Source: Pseudobacteriovorax sp. (GTDB lineage: Bacteria > Bdellovibrionota_B > Oligoflexia > Oligoflexales > Oligoflexaceae). Taken from it: a stretch of DNA of 40,308 nt. Below the pieces are notes generated by a model. That model did not search any database, was not told where the DNA came from, and saw nothing but the letters and a program-made list of their open reading frames with translations. The stretch lies in contig JBNKNM010000029.1 of assembly GCA_050293845.1 (NCBI GenBank), positions 1 through 40,308 on the forward strand, read 5' to 3'. Shown piece after piece: positions 26,264 to 35,102 of this stretch. A program made the position numbers and the translations under genes. The stretch's first letter is position 1. Each line of letters opens with the position of its first letter.

Positions 26264-28243
26264 ATGCATAAAAAAATTTTTTTCGGTTGTATCTTTATAC
26301 TTATTCTATGTTTAGGATTATCTGTATTTAAGTGGCGCTTAGAAACTAAAATGTCCTTTCTGCAAGCATACTTGACAGAGAAATACAACATTTCCTTCAA
26401 TTTTGATGACTATACTTTATCCTGGAACAAACTGCGTTTTAAAAGAGTTCATATTAAAGGTCACCTTAATTTTTCTTCTGATTTTTTAGATATCAGCTTA
26501 TCACTGTTTTCTACAAGACAATTTAAGGTATCCGCAACAGCAAACAATTGTGTCATTACCAAGATATTACAACAAACTCATAAAGATTCTTCAGATAAAT
26601 TCTTGATACAGTCGCTCTCTCATAGAGGCAAAGACCTGACACTTGGAATATTTTCAAACATTCACCTATCTCACTGTCAACTCGGCATTCTAAATTCCCA
26701 AGGACAGCAAATTTTTTCAGCAGCATTAAAAAACTTGGGTATCAACCTCCAGAACAAATCCTTAACATTTCAGACAGAAGCCATCAAATATAAAGACATT
26801 TCGATTCTAAAAAATATCTCGGGAGATGTAATCCTTAATTTAAACGAACAAGTTTTTCCATTTCTCATAACTAGCACAAATAACAAAGGGCAGCACTGGC
26901 AGGCTAAAGGTAAGTACAACCATAATATTAAAGAACTTGAGCTGTATTTCAAAAATTCTGGAATTCAAAAGGAATGGCTAAACATTCTCGGGCAAAGGAT
27001 CAACCTTTCACCTGATATCAATTACGCTATGCGACTTGTTATGAATTATAATCATAGCAAAATATTTTTTAAATATTTTGCTGCTACTACAAACCTACAG
27101 TTTTCTCATGAAAAAATAGCAGAAAAGCCCTTGGGACCTCTTCCCGTTAAATTAAAAATCAAAGGAGAATTTTGGCCGGAATCCGGTCGTCTCAAAGTCA
27201 ATTCAGGTGAAGTTAAGCTACTGTCAAAAAACAATCGTTCCATCTCCCTAAGCCTACTCTTTGCTATGGATAATCGCAATATTTTACTGAATAAGTCTTT
27301 GTGGAGAACTCGTATCTACCTACCGATTTCTCCATGCAATCGGGTCAAGAAAATCCTTCCTGACCCCATGTTAAATCAAATCAAACACTTTCAGATTGGT
27401 GGTAATGTGTCCCTAGATATGTTATTGCATTTCAATTTTAAAGCCCTACAAAATTTTGAGGTTAAAAAATTTGTCGCACACTTTTCCTGCGCATTGAGCA
27501 CTGACAGTAAATTATTTTCATCCCAGTTATTCAAAAAAAGAGTATTTCTAAAGGAATTTGACCGATACTTACCGACCCCTCAGCTTTACAGCTTATTCAG
27601 CAAGTATTACACTCACAAAGTAACTCCATACCTCAGCAAGGCTATAATAGCCAATGAAGATAACCAATTCCATCAACATTCAGGTGTTGATGGAAAAGCT
27701 TTAATTGCAGCATTACGAACAAACCTTGAACATAAAAAGTTCATTGTTGGAGCTTCCACGATTACTATGCAATTAGTTAAAAATCTTTACTTTTCACCCC
27801 AAAAAACCCTATCACGAAAATTTCAAGAGATTCTAATAAGTCGCTATTTGGAGTCTATACTGACCAAAGAAGAGATTTTAAATGCTTATATGAATATCGT
27901 CGAGTTCGGACCTAATATATATGGAGTCGGCAAAGCAGCAAAATTTTTTTTCAACAAATCTGCCAGGGATCTATCGATTAGGGAGTCCACATATTTAGCA
28001 ACAATTCTGCCTAATCCAAGCAATGCTTTTACCAATTATTGCCGGGGCTATTTAGATCGTGAGAGTAAAAAATCTATTGAGAAAAGTTTATCAAGACAAC
28101 GATCCTTAGGCTATTTAACAACAAATCAGTGGCAACAATCACTTCAGGAACAAATTATATTTTCAAGATCTTTGCCGTTAACCCAGCAATGCCTGATAAC
28201 TATGAGTCGCAAGCTAAACCTTGGGAAGATTCAATTTTTTTAG
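26264..28243 (+). CDS. Monofunctional peptidoglycan transglycosylase (GT51) with long N-terminal beta-rich extension
   Basis: EDNQFHQHSGVD, GASTITMQLVKNLY, RKFQE, KEEILNAYMN, YGV..AA..FF motifs; N-terminal TM anchor; no transpeptidase domain. Confidence 0.88.
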   Translation: MHKKIFFGCIFILILCLGLSVFKWRLETKMSFLQAYLTEKYNISFNFDDYTLSWNKLRFKRVHIKGHLNFSSDFLDISLSLFSTRQFKVSATANNCVITKILQQTHKDSSDKFLIQSLSHRGKDLTLGIFSNIHLSHCQLGILNSQGQQIFSAALKNLGINLQNKSLTFQTEAIKYKDISILKNISGDVILNLNEQVFPFLITSTNNKGQHWQAKGKYNHNIKELELYFKNSGIQKEWLNILGQRINLSPDINYAMRLVMNYNHSKIFFKYFAATTNLQFSHEKIAEKPLGPLPVKLKIKGEFWPESGRLKVNSGEVKLLSKNNRSISLSLLFAMDNRNILLNKSLWRTRIYLPISPCNRVKKILPDPMLNQIKHFQIGGNVSLDMLLHFNFKALQNFEVKKFVAHFSCALSTDSKLFSSQLFKKRVFLKEFDRYLPTPQLYSLFSKYYTHKVTPYLSKAIIANEDNQFHQHSGVDGKALIAALRTNLEHKKFIVGASTITMQLVKNLYFSPQKTLSRKFQEILISRYLESILTKEEILNAYMNIVEFGPNIYGVGKAAKFFFNKSARDLSIRESTYLATILPNPSNAFTNYCRGYLDRESKKSIEKSLSRQRSLGYLTTNQWQQSLQEQIIFSRSLPLTQQCLITMSRKLNLGKIQFF

Positions 28244-28457
28244 GTATAGCATCATCCCAGGGTTCAAAAGCTCTTATAGCTCCCACCCGATACCCTAAAG
28301 CCTTCAGTACTAAATTGGTGGTATCAAGTTGAACAGTTTTCTTGTTTTTTTCAAGCTGATACACAAAGTTCAAGCCTACCCCTGAAAGCTCAGCCAACTC
28401 CTTTTGAGTTAACCCTCTACGCTTACGCTCAATACGAACAAAACTACCAATATCCAT
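28200..28457 (-). CDS. XRE/HipB-like (y4mF-type) helix-turn-helix regulator
   Basis: IGSFVR..RK..GLTQ.ELA..SGVG..FV..LE..K.TV.LD....VL.ALG. Confidence 0.88.
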   Translation of the reverse strand: MDIGSFVRIERKRRGLTQKELAELSGVGLNFVYQLEKNKKTVQLDTTNLVLKALGYRVGAIRAFEPWDDAIPKKIESSQGLACDS

Positions 28458-28479
28458 GATTCGTCCCTATGATGCAAAA

Positions 28480-28494
28480 TACAACAAACTTGTA
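28480..28494. promoter_or_regulatory. Candidate autoregulatory operator of the HipB-like gene
   Basis: TACAA-N5-TTGTA just downstream of a minus-strand extended -10 (TGCGATAAT, 28502-28510). Confidence 0.4.
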
Positions 28495-28534
28495 GAAGGG
28501 TATTATCGCAAATTTCTTGTCGTTTTTCATCGCA

Positions 28535-29434
28535 TCAAATTGCAAATCTCTCTAGCTCTGATGCAGCATCGTACAGATCGTATTTACCTTTTTCATTTTT
28601 TTTAATTTTCGCAAGAGCTATTTTTATATCATGGGTAAAAAACAGATGCCAATGATCGTCCATACGCTCATAGAGAGCTTTCTTCTCATCTATAAGTTTT
28701 TCTGGAAATCTATCATAACCCATAGTAATCGGTAAATGGACCCATGGAGCCCCAGGAACCAAGTCACCACAAAAAACAACTTTTTCAGTTTCGCCCCTGA
28801 TTACAGTATGAACTTGACCGGGAGTATGGCCATTTGAGGTAAAAAACTCTAAAAAATCTAACTCAGCTAGGGTTTGCCCCTCCTCCAGAATACGTAACTT
28901 GTCACCACGTTCAGCAAGCTGCCGATTCAAACTTGGTATAAAAGATGCCCTATCGCGAAAATGAGGTAGCAGAGCCCGTTCCCAAGCCTGTCTTCCTACC
29001 ACAATCGTGGCGTTATCGAAGATGATCCGCTCGTTACCCTCCGCTATTTCTTGGTAGCTAGGAAGCAAACCTCCGGCATGGTCAAAGTGCAAATGTGACA
29101 TGATTATGTAATCAATGTCACGGGGAGCAACACCTAACTGCCCTAAATTATTTAATAAGACGTGCTCTTGTTCCACCACCCCATAGCGAGCAGCTAGCTC
29201 AGGGGGTAAATAATTGCCGATCCCTGCCTCACAAAGAACCTTCGTATCTTCGGTTTCAATTAAAAGAGCACGACAAGCCAAAGGTATACGGCCTTTCTCG
29301 TCAACATCTGTCCAACGTTGCCAGAGCGCCCTAGGAGCATTGCCGAACATAGACCCCCCATCCAGCATCTGTGAATTTCCATTTACTGCGCTAATTTTAA
29401 TAGATTTTCTGCCAGTCACTTCAACCTCCAACAT
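28535..29434 (-). CDS. MBL-fold metallo-hydrolase (YtnP-like)
   Basis: LDGGSMFG, SHLHFDHAGG, RDRASF, GHTPG, GDLVP, MGYD, FFTHD. Confidence 0.93.
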   Translation of the reverse strand: MLEVEVTGRKSIKISAVNGNSQMLDGGSMFGNAPRALWQRWTDVDEKGRIPLACRALLIETEDTKVLCEAGIGNYLPPELAARYGVVEQEHVLLNNLGQLGVAPRDIDYIIMSHLHFDHAGGLLPSYQEIAEGNERIIFDNATIVVGRQAWERALLPHFRDRASFIPSLNRQLAERGDKLRILEEGQTLAELDFLEFFTSNGHTPGQVHTVIRGETEKVVFCGDLVPGAPWVHLPITMGYDRFPEKLIDEKKALYERMDDHWHLFFTHDIKIALAKIKKNEKGKYDLYDAASELERFAI

Positions 29435-29593
29435 ATTAGTAATAAATTAACAAAACTGTTAAATAGATCCTCAATTAAATATCAAATATACTTGACGAGT
29501 TTATAAAAAAATATTTAGTTCTACACTGCCTAAAGATTAGTCTTATCCAGGAAACACACATATTTCATGACTCAAGAAGGTCTATATCTTCAG

Positions 29594-29616
29594 TTATTCA
29601 CAAAGCTTGTGGATAA
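29594..29616. promoter_or_regulatory. Inverted pair of DnaA boxes
   Basis: TTATTCACA (29594-29602) and TGTGGATAA (29608-29616, exact reverse complement of TTATCCACA), 5 nt apart. Confidence 0.65.
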
Positions 29617-29787
29617 CTTATAAGCTAGCATAACTTGCAGTACTCACACCACTCTACGTTTAATAGCCTTTTTACATTATAGTCACCAGTCAAGTCGCTA
29701 CGCTTAAGTGTCTGAATTTATATGTCAAAAAGAATAGTTAATTGCCGCAGCCCTTTTGCAATGTCATCATGTATATATCGCACTTCC

Positions 29788-29815
29788 TAAAGCTTTAATT
29801 ATCTGCTGCCGAACA
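29788..29815 (+). promoter_or_regulatory. Candidate sigma28-type promoter of the metalloprotease operon
   Basis: TAAAGC... TAAA-N16-GCCGAACA, same geometry as the pilin promoter. Confidence 0.5.
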
Positions 29816-29864
29816 GACGTTTTAGAAAGGTTCCTGAACTCTTACTTTCTATGAGAGCGTAAGC

Positions 29865-31640
29865 ATGCATAAAGTATTAGAATTTTTACAGGCTTTCGGC
29901 CTTGTTGCCCTTTTGATTTTTGAGTCAAGCGCTCTCGCAGGAAGCCAGAGAATTTTACTCCACTCCTACGGAGGCCATAACTCCCTGGAGCTGAGCAATA
30001 GCTTCTCCTCGACACGCGCCCTTCCCGGCTTAGAAAACAGCGTGGAGTCCTTATTTAGAAAGCTCGATAGCCGCATTGAGATAAAGGGGTCCCAACCATC
30101 CCCCCTCAGCCTCCTGAAGCAGAACATTAGGACTAATGAGTATAAGTTCAATATTGATGGCTTTCCCCTTTGTCAGTTCCAGATTAAAGCCCATGAATCA
30201 ATTAATGGTGCCGTAACCATTATCGGTGATATGCCTGACATTACTGTGGACAAACATTTTTCAATTCACGATTGGCCCTTATCGGGTGATGTATTTGCTT
30301 TGGTGCAAGATACGCGCTATGACCATGATATTATTGAGCCACTACGTCTTCAGAGCAAAAATGCCTGTCTTTGGGTTGATGAAAGGTCACAGCTAATGCC
30401 CGTGTGGGAACTCCATGTTTCGACCGGAAAACTCAATTATATTGCTATAGCAGACCAGCATGATATTTACAGCTTTCAGAATGGATTTTTCCATGTCGAC
30501 GGCACTTCGCGTATTTACCCCCAAAATCCAACAGATGAGGCCTTGGAAGACTTTACAATCCGTAACCTTCAACCATCCAATGATGGAACAGTTTTGGTAG
30601 AAAATGACAAGTTTATAACGCTGCTTGATACAGATGTTTACAGCTACTACCAGGCAGAACAGGTTGAAAATTCCTCAGCCCCTTACCTATTTGCACCGGC
30701 AATCAGTGAAGATTCTTTTGCCGAAGTTTCACTTTTTACCAATGCTAACCGCGCTTTGGATTGGTTTGAATCCCACGGCTATGTAAACTTTGGTGATAAA
30801 GCGATTAGAATTGTGGTTCATGCCGAATTTCCTGGTGGCGACACCAATAATGCTCTCTACCAACCCGGCTCCGATTTTCCCACAATTTTTGTTGGTAACG
30901 GTGATGGTCAGGTCTTACAAAACCTAGCTCTCGATTATGATGTTGTAGCCCATGAATTTGGCCACCATGTGGTTTACCATACTATCAAAAACATTCAGCA
31001 AGAGTCGTTAGTTCTCCATGAAGGGCTCGCTGACTTCTTTACCTTCGCCAAAACAGGCAACGCCTGCCTTGGGGAGAGTATATGTCCATCTTCAAGCAAT
31101 ATCTGTGCAGTGCCAAACCGTTGCCTTAGGACCGCTGATAACGACTATACCTATGATGACCCGAACCTTCCCCCAGAAGCCCATTTACAGAGTCAATTTA
31201 TATCTGGTATGCTTTGGGATTTGATTCATGTCGATGGTATTGATAGCAGCATCCTTGTAGAAATGTTGATTAAAGCTATCGATCTTTTTGTAACGGATAG
31301 TGGTTATCAGCATTTAGTTCTAGCTCTTCTCATGGTAGACGAGGCTGACTTTCAAGGTACCCATTGTCAAACCATTTACAACAGGGCTTTAGAAAGGGGA
31401 TTGAAAGAAAAAATCTCAGCCTTCGATTGTTCACAAATTTCTGCTCTCGTTGAGTCATCCGGAGGTCTTTCCAGCGTTTCCGGTGAAGAACAAGTTTCCT
31501 CTGTCACTCAGGGAGGTTCCACGAGTAGTCGATCTTCATCAACCTGGTGTGGAGCTATCGGCATTGATCCTAATAATTCTGTTTCAATTTTTATTCTACT
31601 GACTTTACCACTGTTGGTAAGTCTGAGAAGGTGGTTCTAG
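29865..31640 (+). CDS. Secreted zinc metalloprotease (M4/M36 gluzincin-like) with C-terminal membrane anchor
   Basis: Signal peptide, propeptide-like region (PVWEL), NNALY, DVVAHEFGH (HExxH), LHEGLAD third ligand, SGMLWDL; Ser-rich linker-WCG-TM-RR tail. Confidence 0.88.
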   Translation: MHKVLEFLQAFGLVALLIFESSALAGSQRILLHSYGGHNSLELSNSFSSTRALPGLENSVESLFRKLDSRIEIKGSQPSPLSLLKQNIRTNEYKFNIDGFPLCQFQIKAHESINGAVTIIGDMPDITVDKHFSIHDWPLSGDVFALVQDTRYDHDIIEPLRLQSKNACLWVDERSQLMPVWELHVSTGKLNYIAIADQHDIYSFQNGFFHVDGTSRIYPQNPTDEALEDFTIRNLQPSNDGTVLVENDKFITLLDTDVYSYYQAEQVENSSAPYLFAPAISEDSFAEVSLFTNANRALDWFESHGYVNFGDKAIRIVVHAEFPGGDTNNALYQPGSDFPTIFVGNGDGQVLQNLALDYDVVAHEFGHHVVYHTIKNIQQESLVLHEGLADFFTFAKTGNACLGESICPSSSNICAVPNRCLRTADNDYTYDDPNLPPEAHLQSQFISGMLWDLIHVDGIDSSILVEMLIKAIDLFVTDSGYQHLVLALLMVDEADFQGTHCQTIYNRALERGLKEKISAFDCSQISALVESSGGLSSVSGEEQVSSVTQGGSTSSRSSSTWCGAIGIDPNNSVSIFILLTLPLLVSLRRWF

Positions 31641-31647
31641 GTTCCTA

Positions 31648-32622
31648 ATGAAATTTTTTTGGTTCATGTGCTTACTCGTTTCAGCCCTAATGGGGACTGT
31701 TTATAATACTTCTGCTTATAGTTCAGGCAGAAGTATTCAGTTTACAATTGCAGTTTTTTGGGAGGGTGAGGTTCTAAAGCAATACAACTTTGATGCTCTC
31801 AAGAAAATCAAAAACAGCCATCCTGAAATTTCTTTTATACACTTTATTAGTCCCACCTATTTCTTAGGCACAGCTAAAGAAATTAAAGATAATCGGCAGT
31901 ACTTTCTTGATATTTTGAGTCCACAAAAAGACCAAGTGGGCATTTACTTGGGTTCTTGGCAGCAGATCACCAAAGCATCTGAAGTATTTCATCGTATATC
32001 TCCATCCTTTTGGGGCGATAGCTCCGTCCCATGCGGGGAGGAATGCGGCCTTTCAGTACCATTGAATGTTTATGGCTACCAAGATCTGGATCGTATGATT
32101 CAAGTTAGCCAAGAGGCTCTTGATAAGTCAGGATTACCGATTAATGCAGAACTTTTTGCTATTGCAGGATGGGTTCACTCCCAGGATATCATGAACATTG
32201 CCCATCAATATCAATATAGAATCAACTTTTCTCCCATACCACCCTCTCGGATTATAGACAGTCTGGAAGACTTTCCGATTTTTAAATGGGCAAAAAGTAA
32301 TTGGAGTCAGTTTGAAAGTATCAATGCTCCGCGCTCTATAACCACCAGATCAGGGCATAACCTGATCCTGATTGGACAAAATTTAGGTGTGGCAGATTAT
32401 AGTACACCACAAGAGTCTCTGAATTTTTTCAATAAAATACTCCAAGCTTCTCGAGAACGCTTAGACATAGCTGTGATGAGCATCAATGGCCGCACCGCAG
32501 CAACCTTTGAACCTCGCATCCAAGAGAGCTTAGTACTCATTTTTAATCTTGCAACAAAGCACAAGGTAACTTTGACATTCGATTGGAATTCCTATAGGGA
32601 TAACCTTAACAAAAAGAATTAA
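31648..32622 (+). CDS. Exported hypothetical protein, possible polysaccharide-deacetylase-like barrel
   Basis: Signal peptide; strand/helix pattern (FTIAVFWEG, FIHFISP, QVGIYL, FAIAGW) reminiscent of the CE4/NodB-like fold. Confidence 0.6.
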   Translation: MKFFWFMCLLVSALMGTVYNTSAYSSGRSIQFTIAVFWEGEVLKQYNFDALKKIKNSHPEISFIHFISPTYFLGTAKEIKDNRQYFLDILSPQKDQVGIYLGSWQQITKASEVFHRISPSFWGDSSVPCGEECGLSVPLNVYGYQDLDRMIQVSQEALDKSGLPINAELFAIAGWVHSQDIMNIAHQYQYRINFSPIPPSRIIDSLEDFPIFKWAKSNWSQFESINAPRSITTRSGHNLILIGQNLGVADYSTPQESLNFFNKILQASRERLDIAVMSINGRTAATFEPRIQESLVLIFNLATKHKVTLTFDWNSYRDNLNKKN

Positions 32623-32631
32623 GGTAGCCTT

Positions 32632-33426
32632 ATGTACGTAGATGTTCATACACACTTAACCCACAGCCAGTTTTCCCATGATTTAGATCAAGTTGTAGCT
32701 CGCGCTAGCCAAGCAAATGTCATGATGGTTGTAAATGGCTTAGAGCCCATTTCCAATCGTCGTATCCTGGAAATGAGCCAAAACTCTAAAAACATACTAG
32801 CAGCACTTGGTATCTATCCTATTGACGCCATTAATCATCTCGTAGGGGAATTGGATTTACCCTTTCCCGTGGCAAAATTTTCGGTTGCTGACGAAATCAC
32901 TTTTATCAGGCAACAGGCTGCAAGTGGAAACATAGCGGCAATAGGGGAATGCGGATTAGATGCTCATTGGGTTAGTCAATCAACATATAAAGATCAAGAG
33001 CAAGTCTTTGAATCCCTGATGGAAATTGCTGATGAATTTAAGCTTCCTCTGATTATTCATACCCGCAAACTTGAAAAGAGAGCCATTGAAATACTAGCTC
33101 ATCATCGTGCCGAGAAAGTTAACTTTCATTGTTTTTGCGGTAAGACAAAGCTAGCGATCCAAGCCGCAGAGCACTACGATTGGTACTTTTCAATCCCAGC
33201 CAATGCTCGAAAAAGTCAGTCTTTCACCAAGCTTCTTAAAGAGCTTCCCTCGGAAAGAATCCTGACAGAAACTGATGCACCATACTTAGGACCTGAACGT
33301 GGAATAAGAAACGAACCTATCAACGTCATAGGTACAGTGGAATATCTAGCAGAACTTCGTCAATGGCCCCAAAAGCAAGCTCAGGAGCAAATATGGAGCA
33401 ACTTTCAAAGGCTTTTCAACTGCTAA
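32632..33426 (+). CDS. tatD: TatD family hydrolase
   Basis: DVHTHL, AIGECGLD, LIIHTR, FHCF, LTETDAPYL, RNEP. Confidence 0.95.
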   Translation: MYVDVHTHLTHSQFSHDLDQVVARASQANVMMVVNGLEPISNRRILEMSQNSKNILAALGIYPIDAINHLVGELDLPFPVAKFSVADEITFIRQQAASGNIAAIGECGLDAHWVSQSTYKDQEQVFESLMEIADEFKLPLIIHTRKLEKRAIEILAHHRAEKVNFHCFCGKTKLAIQAAEHYDWYFSIPANARKSQSFTKLLKELPSERILTETDAPYLGPERGIRNEPINVIGTVEYLAELRQWPQKQAQEQIWSNFQRLFNC

Positions 33427-33429
33427 TTG

Positions 33430-34044
33430 CTACAGCCAAATCATGACACCGATGCCAAATCCATCGAATTTTACATCAAGGGAGTCTATACCTGAATCTC
33501 CTGTATTTCGCGTATACCTCGTAAGATTTTTCTCTAGCTTGCCAAAGATAGATATCGTCGAGCTTAGAAAATAATTCAACCCCATGTAATGCTTATAACC
33601 AGAACCGAGAAAAGATGAACTTTTATCGTAGTTTTGATAAGCCAGCGAGGCTCCAAGCAGCGAAGTTCCAAAAAATATATTACCTAAGGGTGAACTAAAA
33701 GAAAGAGATATTGAGGCAGCAATTTCAGAACCATTTAGATGTTCCAGTGATGTCGCCTTCGAACGCAAATTTAATAAGGTATGACTCAAAGATAGCTGAG
33801 TGAAGCGGAAAAGTTCCAATCCGATACCGTTGCGAATCCCATAGCCCCTCCAGTCTTGGCTATTAGAATCTATAGTTTCTGGGTTACCACTTTTAGAAAT
33901 TTTCCCAATCATACCCGTAATAGACTGATCGATGAATATGGTTTTTCCATACAGCGATCTATTTTGACTTATATCGTAGTGATCTTGTGCGAATAAAGCT
34001 GGGCTCATCAGCATAGCAATCACCATAAGACTAAATCTAATCAT
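33430..34044 (-). CDS. Small outer-membrane beta-barrel protein
   Basis: Signal peptide (ALFA|Q), about eight alternating strands, C-terminal FGIGVMIWL. Confidence 0.7.
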   Translation of the reverse strand: MIRFSLMVIAMLMSPALFAQDHYDISQNRSLYGKTIFIDQSITGMIGKISKSGNPETIDSNSQDWRGYGIRNGIGLELFRFTQLSLSHTLLNLRSKATSLEHLNGSEIAASISLSFSSPLGNIFFGTSLLGASLAYQNYDKSSSFLGSGYKHYMGLNYFLSSTISIFGKLEKNLTRYTRNTGDSGIDSLDVKFDGFGIGVMIWL

Positions 34045-34189
34045 AACAGCGCCCTTCCATTTTCGACTTTCTATAAAATAAGAATCTGCAATGAAAAGAG
34101 CAAAGACTATGCCAAAACGATTTTAATTATAAATTGTAGTTTGAGGGGGTTAAGTAAAACTGAGTGTCTAAGCACTTGACGGACAGCTA

Positions 34190-34609
34190 CTAACAGCTCA
34201 CTCCCTTTAAAAATCCTTCCTTGGCGGACATTACGTGGTTTTTTGTAAAATTTACAGCATGCTGCATAATTTCTACTTCCCAGGTATCCCCCTTGGCACA
34301 ACGTCCCAATTCTTCTAACCATGCAATAAGATCAGCTAAATAGGTTTGGCGATTGTCGCTCATGGAGTGATCGTAAAAATGATTGAGCTTTTCGACCCAG
34401 CTATTAGGCGTGGCGTCGGCAAGATTCACGAGGTTATTTAAGCGGATGGTGGCTTCTTTTTCTTCCCATCCCCCCGCAATACGGAAAGGATACTGATCTT
34501 TGTCTGATTTATGCAGCCACAGACGAATATTATCACTGAGATCAACTACAGTGAAATCGGACGGCAAAGCCCCATGAAACCCATCGGGCCGTTTCCAGAC
34601 AAGATGCAT
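34190..34609 (-). CDS. Hypothetical protein, 139 aa (Trp-rich)
   Basis: ORF with strong AAGGAG SD; WKRPDGFHGA and YPFRIAGGWE look like conserved blocks but the family was not recognised. Confidence 0.8.
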   Translation of the reverse strand: MHLVWKRPDGFHGALPSDFTVVDLSDNIRLWLHKSDKDQYPFRIAGGWEEKEATIRLNNLVNLADATPNSWVEKLNHFYDHSMSDNRQTYLADLIAWLEELGRCAKGDTWEVEIMQHAVNFTKNHVMSAKEGFLKGVSC

Positions 34610-34700
34610 TCAGTTCTCCTTTTCATTTTAACCCAAAGCCAGCGCCCTTAACATAACAACGTAACTTTCAACAAGCAATCAAAGATATCAATATAGTCAC

Positions 34701-35081
34701 TTAGGCACCTTTACCCGTACCAAAACTATCGCCATGATATCGTTTAATAAACTCTTGCAGCACTTTTCTTTGATCTGGTGTGAACTCATCAAATTGAACT
34801 CCCATGCCTGCCGCCATGTTTTTTTCTGGCACAAGCTCCTGAACCCAAATCACTTTACCAGTGGCTTTCAAGGTTTCTTTGCTATCGGGAATGGTAAAGG
34901 TTAGAGTAACACTTTCTCCCATTGGTAATGGTTTTTGGGTTTCTATAAAAACTCCGCCAGCGCCTAGGTCACGGCAAAAATCAAATAAATAATGTCCATT
35001 TTGAGATTTGTAGTCTACAAGCAACTGCACAGGAATGCGTTGGCTTTTGCGATCATCAATAGACTCATTGTTTACGCTCAT
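34701..35081 (-). CDS. Single-domain PilZ protein (myxobacterial/bdellovibrio TIGR02266-like)
   Basis: RKSQR (RxxxR), DLGAGGVFIET, GKVIWV, GMGVQF. Confidence 0.9.
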   Translation of the reverse strand: MSVNNESIDDRKSQRIPVQLLVDYKSQNGHYLFDFCRDLGAGGVFIETQKPLPMGESVTLTFTIPDSKETLKATGKVIWVQELVPEKNMAAGMGVQFDEFTPDQRKVLQEFIKRYHGDSFGTGKGA

Positions 35082-35102
35082 ATTCTGACCCTCCGGGGAT
35101 TA

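Noticed and set aside
29435..29864. Calling this region oriC
   Set aside because: Only two good DnaA boxes, no clear DnaA-trio array and no dnaA/dnaN/gidA neighbours; reported only as a DnaA-box pair.
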